Below, piece by piece: positions 1 through 12,359 of a stretch of DNA of 64,000 nt (positions within the stretch are counted from its first letter, which is position 1; every line of letters starts with the position of its first letter). A model generated the notes under the pieces. The model ran no database searches. It was given only the letters and a program-made list of their open reading frames with translations, and had not been told where the DNA came from. The DNA lies in NCBI RefSeq assembly GCF_032191835.1, contig NC_083235.1:65286001-65350000 (forward strand), read 5' to 3'. Origin of the DNA: Heteronotia binoei. Taxonomy: Eukaryota. Position numbers and translations under genes: made by a program.

Positions 1-1437
1 GACAGGAGTTTCTGCATGCTTACAGAATTTCCTGAGAATACAAAGAATTATTTTGGCAATTTAAATGAAATATAAGAAGAAACAAAGCCTCTAACTTGTC
101 CTTATAAGAACCAAGCATGTTCACTGCCTTCTAGGAAGCACAGAATATCAAGGGAAATAGAGCAGGGAGGAGACATTAGCCTCTTTGGGCCTTTTAGGGC
201 TTGTAGTATTCTGGAAGATTTATGTCAGGGAGAGTTTTTCCAACCTCTCTCCTATTCCTCACAGGGACCAATAATAATAACTCATATATATGCCAGGTTT
301 CAACATTCCATCCCATTCTTTCAGCATTCCATCATATTGACCAAGATACAGAAACCAGGGATAAGACTAAAGAGATAGGAGCAAATTCTCAACGCTGGGT
401 TCACCAGGGACAGGATTTTCCCCTCCCTGCAAAAGTTCCCAAATGCACTCCTTCACAGCCTTTCAAATCATTAAATTGCAATTTATTTCTATAGGGGAAA
501 ATGCTGCGCTTGTTGAAACCATAACCCTGTCCTTCACACATACCTCAACTATTATGATGACAGGCATTTAGCAATTGACTACTGTATTTAGACTACAGGG
601 CTGGCGTGGTTCTCAGTTGCTGCCACCAAGTTCCACAAGACAAAGTAAAAGCTGCAGTCTGGGACACAGCTGGTTTCTAACTCCAGAGACATCTGAAGAA
701 GCAGGGGACAAGTTTAAGCCCCACCCCAACAGTATCCTCAAGTGCGTACCTTTACATTCTTTAATAAAATTAATCCCTAGGAAGCAAAAGTAACATTCTG
801 CATGTGGGAACAACCACGATCGAAGCAAGCCACACCCATCACCCTTAACTCTGGAAACTTACCCACAGTCCCAGCAGAACTCCTGGTTGGGTGCAGGGAA
901 ATGTCTGTTATCTGCTCCTCAGAACCTGAAAGCTTTGTCCAGCTAGAGAAGAAGGCACAGTGCCAGTTTTGGAAAAGAAGGCAGAACCTTGCTGTGCTTG
1001 AGACAATGGCCTCAATGTCAGCAGAGGAGTTGCAATAAGGGAACATGGGTGGGGGAAAGGACTGGAATCCTCCATTCCTCTTCCTCACCTGACATACCTG
1101 TATATTAGAACAGCATTTTCTTCTTGTTCATAACTCTTGACTTTTCTGCTGATGTTAAGGAAGAAGGGCAAACCTCCGTTTGCAAAATGGCTGAGCACCT
1201 AAAATAACCCCAGAATGGCATTCACCATGAGCTAGTCAGTTACAGTACAAAAACACTGACTGCCGTGACTGCGAAGAAGAAAAGGGCCACAGTTACAGCA
1301 AAGGCTATTTAGTGCCCTGCTGACTAATTTTTGTTTTTTATCATTGTTGGAAAATAACATAACTTTGAAAATGCTGTTCTTTTGTGTTCTTTCAAATTCC
1401 ATAAGACTGTGCAAAAGAAAAGCACATCAGTAATAAG

Positions 1438-1626
1438 CAGGGCTTTTTTTTTGAGCAGGAACGCAGTTCCGGCTGGCTTGGTGTCAGGGGTGTGGCCTGA
1501 CATGCAAATGAGTTCCTGCTGGGCTTTTCCTACAAAAGAAGCCCTATGTGAAACAATAACACTAGGGGGTGTGGTCTAATATTCAAATGAGCTCCTGCTG
1601 GGCTTTTTCTACAAAAAAAAGCCCTG
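1438..1626. mobile_element. hAT MITE (CAGGGCTTTTT termini)
   Basis: CAGGGCTTTTTT...AAAAAAGCCCTG; flanks gtaataag/gcaatgag (6/8). Confidence 0.8.
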
Positions 1627-4319
1627 GCAATGAGTAAAATGGCAATTAAGATGCCACTAAAATTTTTGATCTATGTCTGATTATTTATATGTTACTTTCC
1701 AAGATCTGAAATGACTTGTTCTGAAATATCACCCCCCTCTACTTAATAATCTGCAAGTCTTTTTTCTCCTTCAAGTTCCCTCTGATTATCACCTAAGCCT
1801 TTACTGTCACCCCCACTATCCATAAATAAGCTGAATTTGACTGCTATCTGACCTCTAGCCCACCTTGCCATTTGAAATCCCTGTTCCCTCCTTCACTATG
1901 TCCTGTATATCTAATGCAGTTCACAAGTCCTTTTGTTCAGGGATTTTATTCCCATGCCAGAACTAGTAAATAGTTGTTTAATAACCACAATCCCTAATTC
2001 CGAACCATCAAAACAAATGATGCAATAAAAAACATGCATGTATGTATGTATGAAAGACAGATAGACAAATGACGGGGTGTAAGAAAACAGTGGCTAGTTC
2101 ACACCCAAAACCAGGCAGACACTAGCAACACAGGGCACAGCAATGCTCTGTTTCTAAACACCAAACTAGTTATCTGTTCCTGGTAAGATTCTGGAGTAGG
2201 TGAGTGCAGTGATATCCCCTGAAGAGATTATTAGAAGCAGTGATTAGTGAGTGTACTGCAGAAAGGTAGGCTGGGCTCACATAAGGACATTTACCCTTCT
2301 CCTCCTGAACCTTACACTTTATAAAGAAGGATTTGTTTATTGATTATCTCTCAAGAGAAACCCTCACAGTATTCCACAAAGATGCTCTGTTACAATCCTG
2401 AGTGCTGAAGGGACATTCAGGAAATGCAGCAAAATGCTTCTCTTCTTCTCACTGAATGAGTCATGATGACCCTGAGGTAACAGCATCATGCTTGAGGTGC
2501 TACTTGTAAACAGGAGGCAGCAGTGACATCACACTGGATGAAGTCTATTCCAGATGGGAAAGGAGGCCACATCAAAGAAAGGCAACAGAATGGAAGACTT
2601 CCAGGTGTGCAAAGAGTACAGATCTCAGTGGGCTCTGGTACCCCTCTTTCCCAGGTGAATCAACACAGCAGCTCATAACAAGATGGTAACTCACCAACGG
2701 GATAAAGACTGGCCAAAGGAAAGAGAAAAACAGATTCCAGGAACATGGGGAAAACTCTTTGAGGTGTCAAAATTTGCTGGCAAACAAAATTAAATAAATG
2801 ATTTTAAAATTATTGAAAAATTCCACTGAGATCAGATGTTGACATAGGATGCTAAGTTACAAAGAAGACTTTGATTATAGAATTAAAGAATAAAAGGGGG
2901 ATTTATTTAAGACTGAAGTAATATGAACCCCCTTTTAATAATGCTAGAGATATTTTCCATCTTGAAATTACCTCAGTGATATTCAAAAGGCTCAGCATTA
3001 CATCTACAAAGAGATTGTCATGTGGCTGATAGATATGAAAAATCGTGACATAGAAATGCATTCCTTTGTCTTCATCTGGATATGCCATGGATAAACAAAA
3101 AAATGCAGGAATGATAAGCCTCTAAGCAGAAGTTCTGGAGCCAAGACTTTAAAAAATGTCAAAGGAATTACATGTTTTAAAATATCCCTGGAAATCATGA
3201 TGTCTTCCTTCAATCAAAAATCCTGGAACACAGTATGAATGCTGCTCTTCACATTTATAAGTAGAAACTGGATTTGTCAGCTGTATGAATGGTCATAATG
3301 GTGAAGACCATGTGGGAGCTGTCCACAGCACCATATCCAATCTGCATATTCCACCATCTAGTTTTCATGACAGAGTGCTATTTCCAATCCTATTCTCATT
3401 GGTAAAAAAACCCCTCTTGAATCTTCTTGCTTCTTCAATAACTTGTCTTGTATCTGCTCAAACCCAACTAAGTCACATCAGCCTGCTTTGGAATCCCAGC
3501 CACTGATTTTCACATATAAAATGCAAGTTTCCTTCTTATGTTATGATGGTGGCACGAAAGCTGTTGTAGCACAATTCCCTTGCATGCCAGTGGTGTAACA
3601 TAAGAAGTGCTGGGCCACATGAAAGCAGCCCACGCTGCAGCCCCTCCCTATACCAGCGCTGCTACTAGCATAACATGACCCCACCTTACCCCTACAACAG
3701 ACACAAAAAATTCCTTTCTACTTCTCTGATTATTTTCCTCTTGGCTTAATCATTGATGGGTAGGCTACTGTTCTCTTTTGTTTTAGCAAACCCACATGGC
3801 TTTCTGCACATTCTCACGTGCAAGACCCACACATGATTTCTTTGGGCCCAGAACAACCCATGAGAGAGAGAGATTCTGTTCAGTACATACAATGTCCTGA
3901 GTCATGAAAGAAAATGTTCTATTTTATTTTGAAATCGCAAGACCGCAAACTACACCAGGAAAACCAGCACCAAGAGATGCTATACCCAAGAGAGAATATA
4001 CAAATGAAGTACAGAAAGGTGTTAATAATTCAGCTACCTGCAAATGAATTGTAAGGATCTCCAGGAAGAAGCTCATCCAAGTATCTATTTGAAGTATCAC
4101 AAGCGGCTTGTTTCTTGCCTTCACATCCCATGTGAAAGTTAGCCTTGCCAACAACTAAAGCAGAATCTGCTGGGCTTCATTTAACATTCACAGTTTTCTG
4201 TGGCATTTAGATGGGATAGTGAAGAAATTAATTCAAATGTAAGTCTAACCCAATGTTTCTTATTGCCCAGTTACTTACAACACTGAAGTTAGAATGAGAG
4301 AGTTGACCTCTGGAGATAC

Positions 4320-5470
4320 CTGGATTGGGGCAGGTCAGCACTGCTGTTGCTACTTGACCTGACGTGACAGCAGCATTTAACACGGTCTATGACCTTTTGA
4401 CCCACAACCACAACATTTTCTTTCATGACTCAGGACATTGTATATACTGAACAGAATCTCAATCTCTCTCGTGGGTCAGCCTGGCTTTACAGTTGCTCTT
4501 CTCTTTTCTCCATGGTTGGGGACAGAGGGTGGCGTTTAGGGAGAGGGTTTCACCACACTGCCCATTGGTATGCGGCGTCCCTCAGGGGGTAATCCTCTCC
4601 CTGATGCTATTTAATATCTACATGAACCCCCCTTGCCCAGTTGGTCTGAGGGGATGGGCTGGGCGGTCACCTGTACACTGTATCTATATTCACAGTGCAC
4701 TGTATACACTGTATCTGTTGATGGATAATCCACCCCGGATGTTTTTGCCAGGGCATCAGAGGCCATGGCTGCTTGGTTGCATCAGAGTTAACCGAAACTG
4801 AATCCATCAAATACAGAGGACCTGTGTCTGAGCCATGCAGCGGTGGGATTGGAAATCCATCTCCTAACCCTTGATGGGGCGTGCCTGGTACCAGTGCCAG
4901 TGGTGAGGAGTTTAGGTGTGATGCTGGATGCCTCACTTTCAAGGGAGGCCCAAGTCGTGATTCCTGCCAAATCAGCATGTTATCATATTCAGCTGGTCAG
5001 GCAACCGATTCCCTCTCTCTCCCACTGTGACTTGGTCATGGAGATCCATGCAATGGTCACCTCCGGGTTAGACTACTGCAACTCACGCTACAAAATGCAG
5101 CAGCGTGCCTGCTGACTGGGTCGTCTGGGCAAACGCACCTGTAGTCAGTGCTGTGCCAACTGCGTTGGTTGCCAGTTGAGTACCAAATCAGGTTCATGGT
5201 TACAGTATTACCCTTCGAAGCCCTATGAAGTCTGGGACCATCATCATCTGCAGGACCGACCCTCCCAATACATTCCTTGGTAAGCCTCGTGATCTTCTGG
5301 TGGTCCCTGGCCCCAGAGACATCTGCTTAGCCCCAACCGGGGCCAGGGTCTTTTCAGCTGTGGCCCAGCCTGGTGGAACTCCTTACCAAGTGAGATCAGG
5401 GCCCAACAGTACCTATTATAGTCCTGCAGGGCCTGCAAGATGGAGTTGTTCCGCCAGGCCTTTGTATGAG
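4320..5470 (+). mobile_element. Degenerate L2 LINE RT fragment
   Basis: Disrupted LLLLDL..AFNTV, GVPQGVILSLMLFNIYM, VRSLGVMLDASL, SGLDYCNS motifs. Confidence 0.85.
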
Positions 5471-5584
5471 GCGGCACAAGTCCAGCTATATCAACCTCCC
5501 TTGCTCCACCCACTCCTTCCATTCCAACTTAATAGTTTTTAGCAACCATTCCCCAATCAGCTGTTCCATCTTGACACACATGTA

Positions 5585-6082
5585 GAAGAAGAAGAAGAAG
5601 ATATTGGATTTATATCCCGCCCTCCACTCCGAAGAGTCTCAGAGCAGCTCACAATCTCCTTTATCTCCCTCCCTCACAACAGACACCCTGTGAGGTGGGT
5701 GGGGCTGGAGAGGGCTCTCACAGCAGCTGCCCTTTCAAGGACAGAGTCTCAGAGCGGCTCACAATCTCCTTTACCTTCTTCCCCCACAACAGACACCCTG
5801 TGAGGTAGATGAAGATATTGGATTTATATCCCGCCCTCCACTCCGAATAGTCTCAGAGCGGCTCACAATCTCCTTTATCTCCCTCCCCCACAACAGACAC
5901 CCTGTGAGGTGGGTGGGGCTGGAGAGGGCTCTCACAGCAGCTGCCCTTTCAAGGACAACCTCTGCCAGAGCTATGGCTGACCCAAGGCCACTCCAGCAGG
6001 TGCAAGTGGAGGAGTGGGGAATCAAACCCGGTTCTCCCAGATAAGAGTCCGCACACTTAACCACTACACCAAACTGGCTCTC
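5585..6082 (-). mobile_element. Squam3-like (MIR/Ther1-derived) tRNA SINE with triplicated 3' segment
   Basis: Head GAGAGCCAGTTTGGTGTAGTGGTTAAG...GGTTTGATTCC; (TTC)n tail. Confidence 0.9.
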
Positions 6083-7376
6083 GTGTAGTGTCTTCTGGGA
6101 GCTTTTGTAATACTCTTGCCATCTTGTGGTTATTTTCCACCTTGAAGTTTTTAAAACTGGGTTATTGTTTGTCGTTAAAATGTTTTGTTTTGAATTTAGT
6201 TGTGAACTGCCCTGATCCTGTTTGCAGGGGAGAGCAGGTTATAAATAAATAAATATTCCACTGCAAAAGTATCACACAGGCAGGAGTGGACACTCAGTAG
6301 CTAGTATCCAGAATCATCCAACAGGAGCCATGCCTAGGGGATACAGTAGGCCGTGGAAATATTGTGATTTGGAAAACGTTACGGCTGGATACAATATGTA
6401 AATTCCTCACTCCTTCCCCCCAAAGGAAGAATTTACTATAATGGGAATTGTGAGTGCTGATGGACAAAATGGGCTCTTTGAAACTACAGTCAACAGTTTT
6501 TAATCTAATCAGTGGTTTTTAAGGCAGTTTGTACTGACAGGTTTATGTTTCCAAGAATCCTTCCAAAGCACCTAAGCAACGACTGAGAATTAAGAGAGAA
6601 AGAAAACCAGCAAGAAGAGCTGTTCTAGTTCTTTTTCATTTCAGAGTTTTGTAAAGTTGCTACATTCTAATCAAACCCATACGGTATAAATTCTGCAGCA
6701 TCTGAAGTAAGGGGAAAGAGAGAAAACGGCAAGGAACCTGAGGAGCTGGAAATCTGCCTTCTTGTTTTGACTGTTCTTGAGTGCCAAGTGCAACTTTTCA
6801 TTAAGAGGCCATAGGGCTCTGCCAATGTCTACAGGTCGAGTCTCGACAAATACTCCTCTCTGAGAACAGTTTCATGAATGCGGCAACTGGCTGCAAGAAG
6901 AGATTTCGGCTCTGAAAGAGATGGGAGGGGCCAAAGGAGGCCCTCTCCGAGGTCAGAAATGCCTGGGCCATTTGTGGATTTTGAGGTCCCTAGCCATAAC
7001 CCTATAGCCATAACATTTTTTAAAGTGATGACATATGCTGCACATAAAAACGAGTTGTAAAATGTATCAACAGCCAAATTTATATAGATTTGAGGCCCTC
7101 TGTGGATGCGACACCCAAGCCAAATGGACCTCCTCTCCCCTTCCCGCAACAGGCCCTGGGCCACAGCATGCCTTTTCTCTAAGTTATAAAGGACGTGCAT
7201 TTTTATTCGAGAAATATCCCTCTATTCTCCAGATGTAAAGAGTTACAAGTGTTGTTTTCCCATACCTAAAATTCACCTGCTTTTAAAGAGGAAAACAAAT
7301 CTAGATGCCCGTATATAACAAGCACTGGCTTAACTCAGTGGGTTCCTAGTGATCACGGCTTGCTCTTCTGTTTCAG

Positions 7377-7540
7377 TTTTCAGATAAGGCATTTGCTGGC
7401 GTAACCACACTGAAGACTGTTCACGTTGAGAACAATAAACTTCACAATCTTCCTGGTAACTTCCCATTCAGCAGTCTTGAGACACTCACCCTGTCCAACA
7501 ATCCCTGGCACTGCTCCTGTCAGCTAGCACCTCTGCGCAG
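7377..7540 (+). CDS. CHAD: Chondroadherin, internal coding exon (exon 2 equivalent), last LRRs plus start of the LRRCT cap
   Basis: tttcag|TTT TCA GAT ... CGC AG|gtaaag; 164 bp; translates [54 protein letters not shown], matching mammalian CHAD [50 protein letters not shown] (recalled). Confidence 0.97.
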
Positions 7541-7719
7541 GTAAAGAAGGGCTATGTTTCACTGAGTGCATTGACTCCTCTATCAGACAGTGTGTGTGGG
7601 AGGAGGGAATGTTGGCACCAATTAAGGCACCAACGCCAGTGAATAGCAGGATGTTGCGTTAATTCACTCTTACCCAGGAGATCTGATCTAACCGGCCGCC
7701 TATAATTAAAAAAAAAAAA

Positions 7720-7940
7720 GATTTATACCTTACTCCACTCCCCAATGGGGTCCTCAAGTGTTTTTACAACTTTGTTTTCCATGCGTCCATTTGATCCTCG
7801 CAACAACCCAGCAAGGTAGGTTCAGCTGAGAGGCTGACCCTACTGGGCCCAAGGTCACCTAGCAAGCCTCCATGGCAGAGCAAAGATTCAAACCTGGGTC
7901 TCCTAGATAACAGTCCAACGTTCTAACCACAATGGCTGCT
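7720..7940 (-). mobile_element. Older Squam3/MIR-like SINE abutting the CHAD exon 3 acceptor
   Basis: Minus strand gtggttagaacgttggactgttatctaggagacccaggtttgaatc...ggtgaccttgggc...gggttgttgcgagg...ggtataaat. Confidence 0.75.
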
Positions 7941-7957
7941 TGTTCATTCTTCTCCAG

Positions 7958-8099
7958 GTGGCTGGAATCCACTCGCTCGCGCCCTGATGCAACTTGTGCC
8001 TCGCCTTCTGCGGCTCGAGGACAGCAGATCCGAGACACTGCCGCACTCCGCAGCTGCAGGCTTCCCACAAAGAGGTCCAAGAAGGGAAGTCGCCATTAA
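7958..8099 (+). CDS. CHAD: Chondroadherin, last coding exon (exon 3 equivalent), to stop codon
   Basis: ttctccag|G TGG CTG GAA...; phase 2 matches the previous exon; [49 protein letters not shown] (8097-8099); donor gtaatg at 8104, 4 nt after the stop. Confidence 0.97.
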
Positions 8100-8339
8100 G
8101 CAGGTAATGGAGAGGTTTTCCCTTTTTGCTGACAGCCACACATCCTGTACAAAATGCTTTTTTGCCATACTTAACATTTCGTCATTAACAATTATGTAAT
8201 TATGCTACAATTTCTTTTTTGTTCACTTGCTTCTAATCACTTTTAGCAGCTATGCATCCTGCCATTCACTTGGGAAATATTAGAGTGGCAACATAGATTT
8301 TCTGTTGTTTTTAATAAGGAAACTTTTTTCTTCTCTCAG

Positions 8340-9400
8340 CAATACACAGCAGCTTCATGAGAATGCCAGACCAAGAAGCTCACCAAATACTTGGTAGGAT
8401 CTAAGATGTGTGAAGACACATATGCAGTCTCCTGCTTCATTCCTGATATTATATATAGCTTGGAAGACCTTTCTGTTGTTTATGGTTTCCCCTCCTCTTC
8501 TTTTCTCCTCTCACAGGACCCAGGAAAAGCTAGTCCCGGTGACTGGCCACTTTAACCAATCAGAAAACTACTGACTTCTTCAAGCCCTTCATCTCCAAGC
8601 ATCTCCTTCCTTTGAGAAAAACATATCGTCACATTCATTTCCTGCCAAATGCAGGTGACAGGATGGAATCCACCGTTCAATTGTTTTTCCTGATATTATA
8701 TATAGTATAACTTACGCATGACAGTGCTAAGACAAGCTAAACTAGATCCTGCTGATAAACTACAGTCATCTCTCTAGACCTAATTCGAGCGAGTCAGTTT
8801 ATCCCCAGGTTTATGGAAACAAATAGCAAACAAAAAGTTTCTCCATATTTTCAGCCCTGCAGTGGCTTTGTATTAGAAATTCAAAATTTTCTAGCACTCA
8901 AGTCTTTAAGCACCAACATTTAGATTCTATACACAGATTGACTCTCAGGAAATTTAGAATATCTTATATATATATCAGTTGGCAAAGGTTACCAAGATTT
9001 GACTGTTAGCATGAGAGAAACAAGGTAATGTAGACATTGGGGAAACTAAGGTCAGAGCAACAGATCTTAAGCTGGTTTAAAAGCAGAGGGAACACTTTTA
9101 TACAATGATGAAAAAACTCTGCCCTGGGGAAATATGACATCATCAAACATGCATGTATAAAGAGAGAGAGATTATCTCTGACACCCTGGAAAATCACCAC
9201 CATTTTAGTACCACAAAAGCACAGCAAGATGACTGTGATTTATCATAATGGATTTACAGTACCACAATTTCATGTTAACTGCATTTTTTTTAATCCTGAA
9301 AGTTTATATAAATATATATTTATTCCTGTAACTGAGTGTAAATGACTCCTAGGAGGATTTTTTTTTAAAAAAAAAATAAGCAAATGATGTCCTCCTATTC
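8340..9400 (+). other. CHAD: Probable CHAD non-coding terminal exon (3' UTR); 3' end not determined
   Basis: Strong acceptor aacttttttcttctctcag| ending 8339, downstream of the post-stop donor. No canonical AATAAA found to fix the end, so the end coordinate is a guess. Confidence 0.55.
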
Positions 9401-9984
9401 CTAAGTAGAAAACAAATTGTATATTTTCTTATGTACAACTTCTGTATAAAGCTCTTACTGCAAAGATGACGTGACCAAGTTTTCATGCACTCTTCGTGGC
9501 ACGTATCAAGGTTCAACTATAACGACGCAATGAGTACAGCTGAGTTATGGATTTTCATGCCCCATTGTTGTCTTGCAGGTTGAATTTCTTTCAAAAAAAG
9601 ACCTTTATTCTAGGGCTCATGTGCACATTGTGATACAAGTGCAGCCTCCACAATTTTGAGGGCATGGTCTCATCTCTTTACCAAAATTTTTTACTGTATT
9701 CATTTGGAGCATTTACGAGCTCACAGCTGCAAAAACCACAACTACTATTCTTAACTACAGGAGATGGGAGGAATGGCTCTTTCCTGCACATAAAATAGGT
9801 ACTCTGGGGACTGTGCAGTTATGTAATATGCAAGCATCAACAGTCAGTGTGGGAGTACAGTGTATTGCTCAACATTACAGCAAGCAATTGAGGGCTGCGA
9901 ATGGAAATCACATGAGTATCACAAACATGCCCCAAACAATATGGCATGTACATTGTACAATACAATATTGTACACTGTACAATA

Positions 9985-10402
9985 GGGGAGGGACGGTGGC
10001 TCAGACATAGAGCATCTGCTTGGGAAGCAGAAGGTCCCAGGTTCAATCCCTGGCATCTCCAAAAAAGGGTCCAGGCAAGTAGGTGTGAAAAGCCTCAGCT
10101 TGAGACCCTGGAGAGCCGCTGCCAGTCTGAGAAGACAATACTGACTTTGATGGACCCAGGGTCTGATTCAGTATAAGGCAGCTTCATATGCAAAAGGGAC
10201 GGTGGCTCAGTGGTAGAGCATCTGCTTGGCAAGCTGAAGGTCCCAGGTTCAATCCCCGGCATCTCCAAAAAAGGGTCCAGGCAAGTAGGTGTGAAAAACC
10301 TCAGCTTGAGACCCTGGAGAGCCGCTGCCAGTCTGAGTAGACAATACTGACTTTGATGGACCGAAGGTCTGATTCAGTAGAAGGCAGCCTCATATGTTCA
10401 TA
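9985..10402 (+). mobile_element. Head-to-tail dimer of the Squam2-like SINE
   Basis: Copies 9985-10190 and ~10195-10402. Confidence 0.9.
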
Positions 10403-10530
10403 CTAACATTGCAATCAGAAAAGTTGTGCGTGGTGTTTAAGCTTGCTAGGAGCTGTATGGTATGTCAGAATAGCCCAGGGTTATACACAGCATAAAGGCT
10501 CCCAAGACCCTGCACTGGTCAGGAAGAAAG

Positions 10531-10667
10531 GTGCCCCAACAATGCTGCAATGGACCAGTGCCCCAACAATGCTGCAATGGACCAGGTGCCCCAACAATGC
10601 TGCAATGGACCAGTCCAGCACGATCACCATGGTGATCGTGCTGGACTGGTCCATTGCAGCTTTGTTG
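10531..10667. repeat. 27-bp direct repeat x3 running into a 62-bp perfect palindrome
   Basis: gtgccccaacaatgctgcaatggacca at 10531, 10558 and 10586; palindrome 10599-10660. Confidence 0.95.
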
Positions 10668-11282
10668 CAAGCAGGAGCAGAGTGATAAAGAGGACAGGCA
10701 GAACCAATGGAAGTCCCAAGTGGAGGAGTCGGAGTGAAGCATCCACCACGGGGGGGGGGGGGGTGGAGAGGGATGAGCACAGGAGCAACACTCCTCCCCT
10801 GGACCCCCCTTAAAGAGACCAGTTCTCATAACGACACCCAGCTACCTGTCAACGGGGAGGGAGATGTCACCCGTCAGCACCCCATGGTGGGGCTCTGCAC
10901 ACTAAGCGCACAGGGCTCCAGAGGGCGACAAGGGACAAGAACATGGATGTGCAGGCGCCCCCCCCCACTCACCTATGGTTGCAGCATTCAGTACATATGT
11001 GCATACCAATGGGGAGGGGGTGAGTGCAATGCAAGTACAAGCACCACCAACTTGGCGGGATTTGCCTGAAAACATCTGAACACTGCTGTGTTTTCCCCTC
11101 TGTACTCTGGTCCCTTTTCTTTGACAGTCACAGATGATGTGGTGAATGACTGTGTGCCCTGACCCTGAGGAGGCGCACAGCAATGGAAGCCTCTGTGGTC
11201 CTGTGGATGCTTGACATCTTAGAATCCCTGGCCCTCACATCTAAGGAGGACGCAACGCTAAGGGCAGACTTAGTTGGACGGC

Positions 11283-11573
11283 AGCCAGTTTGGTGTGGAG
11301 AGCCAGTTTGGTGTAGTGGTTAAGTGTGCGGACTCTTATCTGGGAGAGCCAGGTTTGATTCCCCACTCCTCCTCACTTGCAGCTGCTGGAATGGCCTTGG
11401 GTCAGCCATAGCTCTGGCAGAAGTTGTCCTTGAAAGGGTAGCTGCTGTGAGAGCCTCACCCACCTCACAGGGTGTCTGTTGTGGGGGAGGAAGGGAAAGG
11501 AGATTGTGAGCCACTCTGAGACTCTTTGGAGTGGAGGGCGGGATATAAATCCAATATCTTCATCTTCTTCTTC
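11283..11573 (+). mobile_element. Squam3-like SINE with duplicated 5' tip
   Basis: Full head to (TTC)n tail. Confidence 0.9.
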
Positions 11574-12359
11574 TTTCCCGGCAAACTTGGGGGGGAGGGG
11601 TGGTTGGGCTATGGAAGCTGTGCCTGGGCCAGGTGTTGCAGATGCTGGTGGCCCAGAGGAAGGGGCTACTGGCCCTTTGCCAGGTCCCTGGTCACAGGGC
11701 CCATATCCAGCACAACCCATCCCTCCCACCCTTTCCTCCATACAGATAGGCAGCCATCAAGTATGAGGGGCTGGAATGCCATCACAAGTAGCAGGAAGCC
11801 TATTTGAAGGGGACAGCAGTGGATGGGAGGGGCTATCAGCATTTGCGATGGCAGCTGCTGGGCACCTGGAAGGGATTCTTGCCCTAGTGAGAGACACAGG
11901 TGAGGGACAGAGGCGCATTGAAAGGCTACTGGGGGTACCTGTCTGAGACTTTCTGGGCCCCCTGGCACCTGCTGTTTTTTTTCCTTCAGTGTCTCCAGGA
12001 GGGTTCAAATGTGGGCTAGCACAGGAATGCCCTTGACAGTGTGGACACCGAACTGAATGCTGCAACCATAGGTGAGTGGGGAAGCTTCGGCGGGGAAGAA
12101 GGCTAGCACGGTGGCGACGGGGGGGGCGAGCAAGCGGAGCATGGTGGCGGGCCACAGGGGACTGGTGGTGGCGGCAGCTGCGGCGGGCGAGGGGAGGGAG
12201 GCAAACTAGGCAGTTGTCCTGGGCACCAGAGCTGGGGAGCCCAATTTGGTGCTCCCTGCCTCTCAGTGCTCTAGGCAACTGCCTAGTTTGCCTAGTGGGC
12301 GAGCCGGCCCTGTCTTCACTATAGGATTCTTTGGGCTTAAACAGATGGGCTCTGGGAGT

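Noticed and set aside
6829-7200. ORFs upstream of CHAD exon 2 as possible CHAD exon 1
   Set aside because: No signal peptide or LRR pattern; CHAD exon 1 must lie before position 1.
9985-10060. tRNA-like sequences with A and B boxes (also at 13.5-14.3 kb, 56.6 kb and Squam3 heads)
   Set aside because: They are SINE heads continuing into LINE-derived tails; no complete cloverleaf.
10531-10612. Short direct repeats resembling a CRISPR array
   Set aside because: Units are contiguous without unique spacers, in a vertebrate intron with no cas genes.
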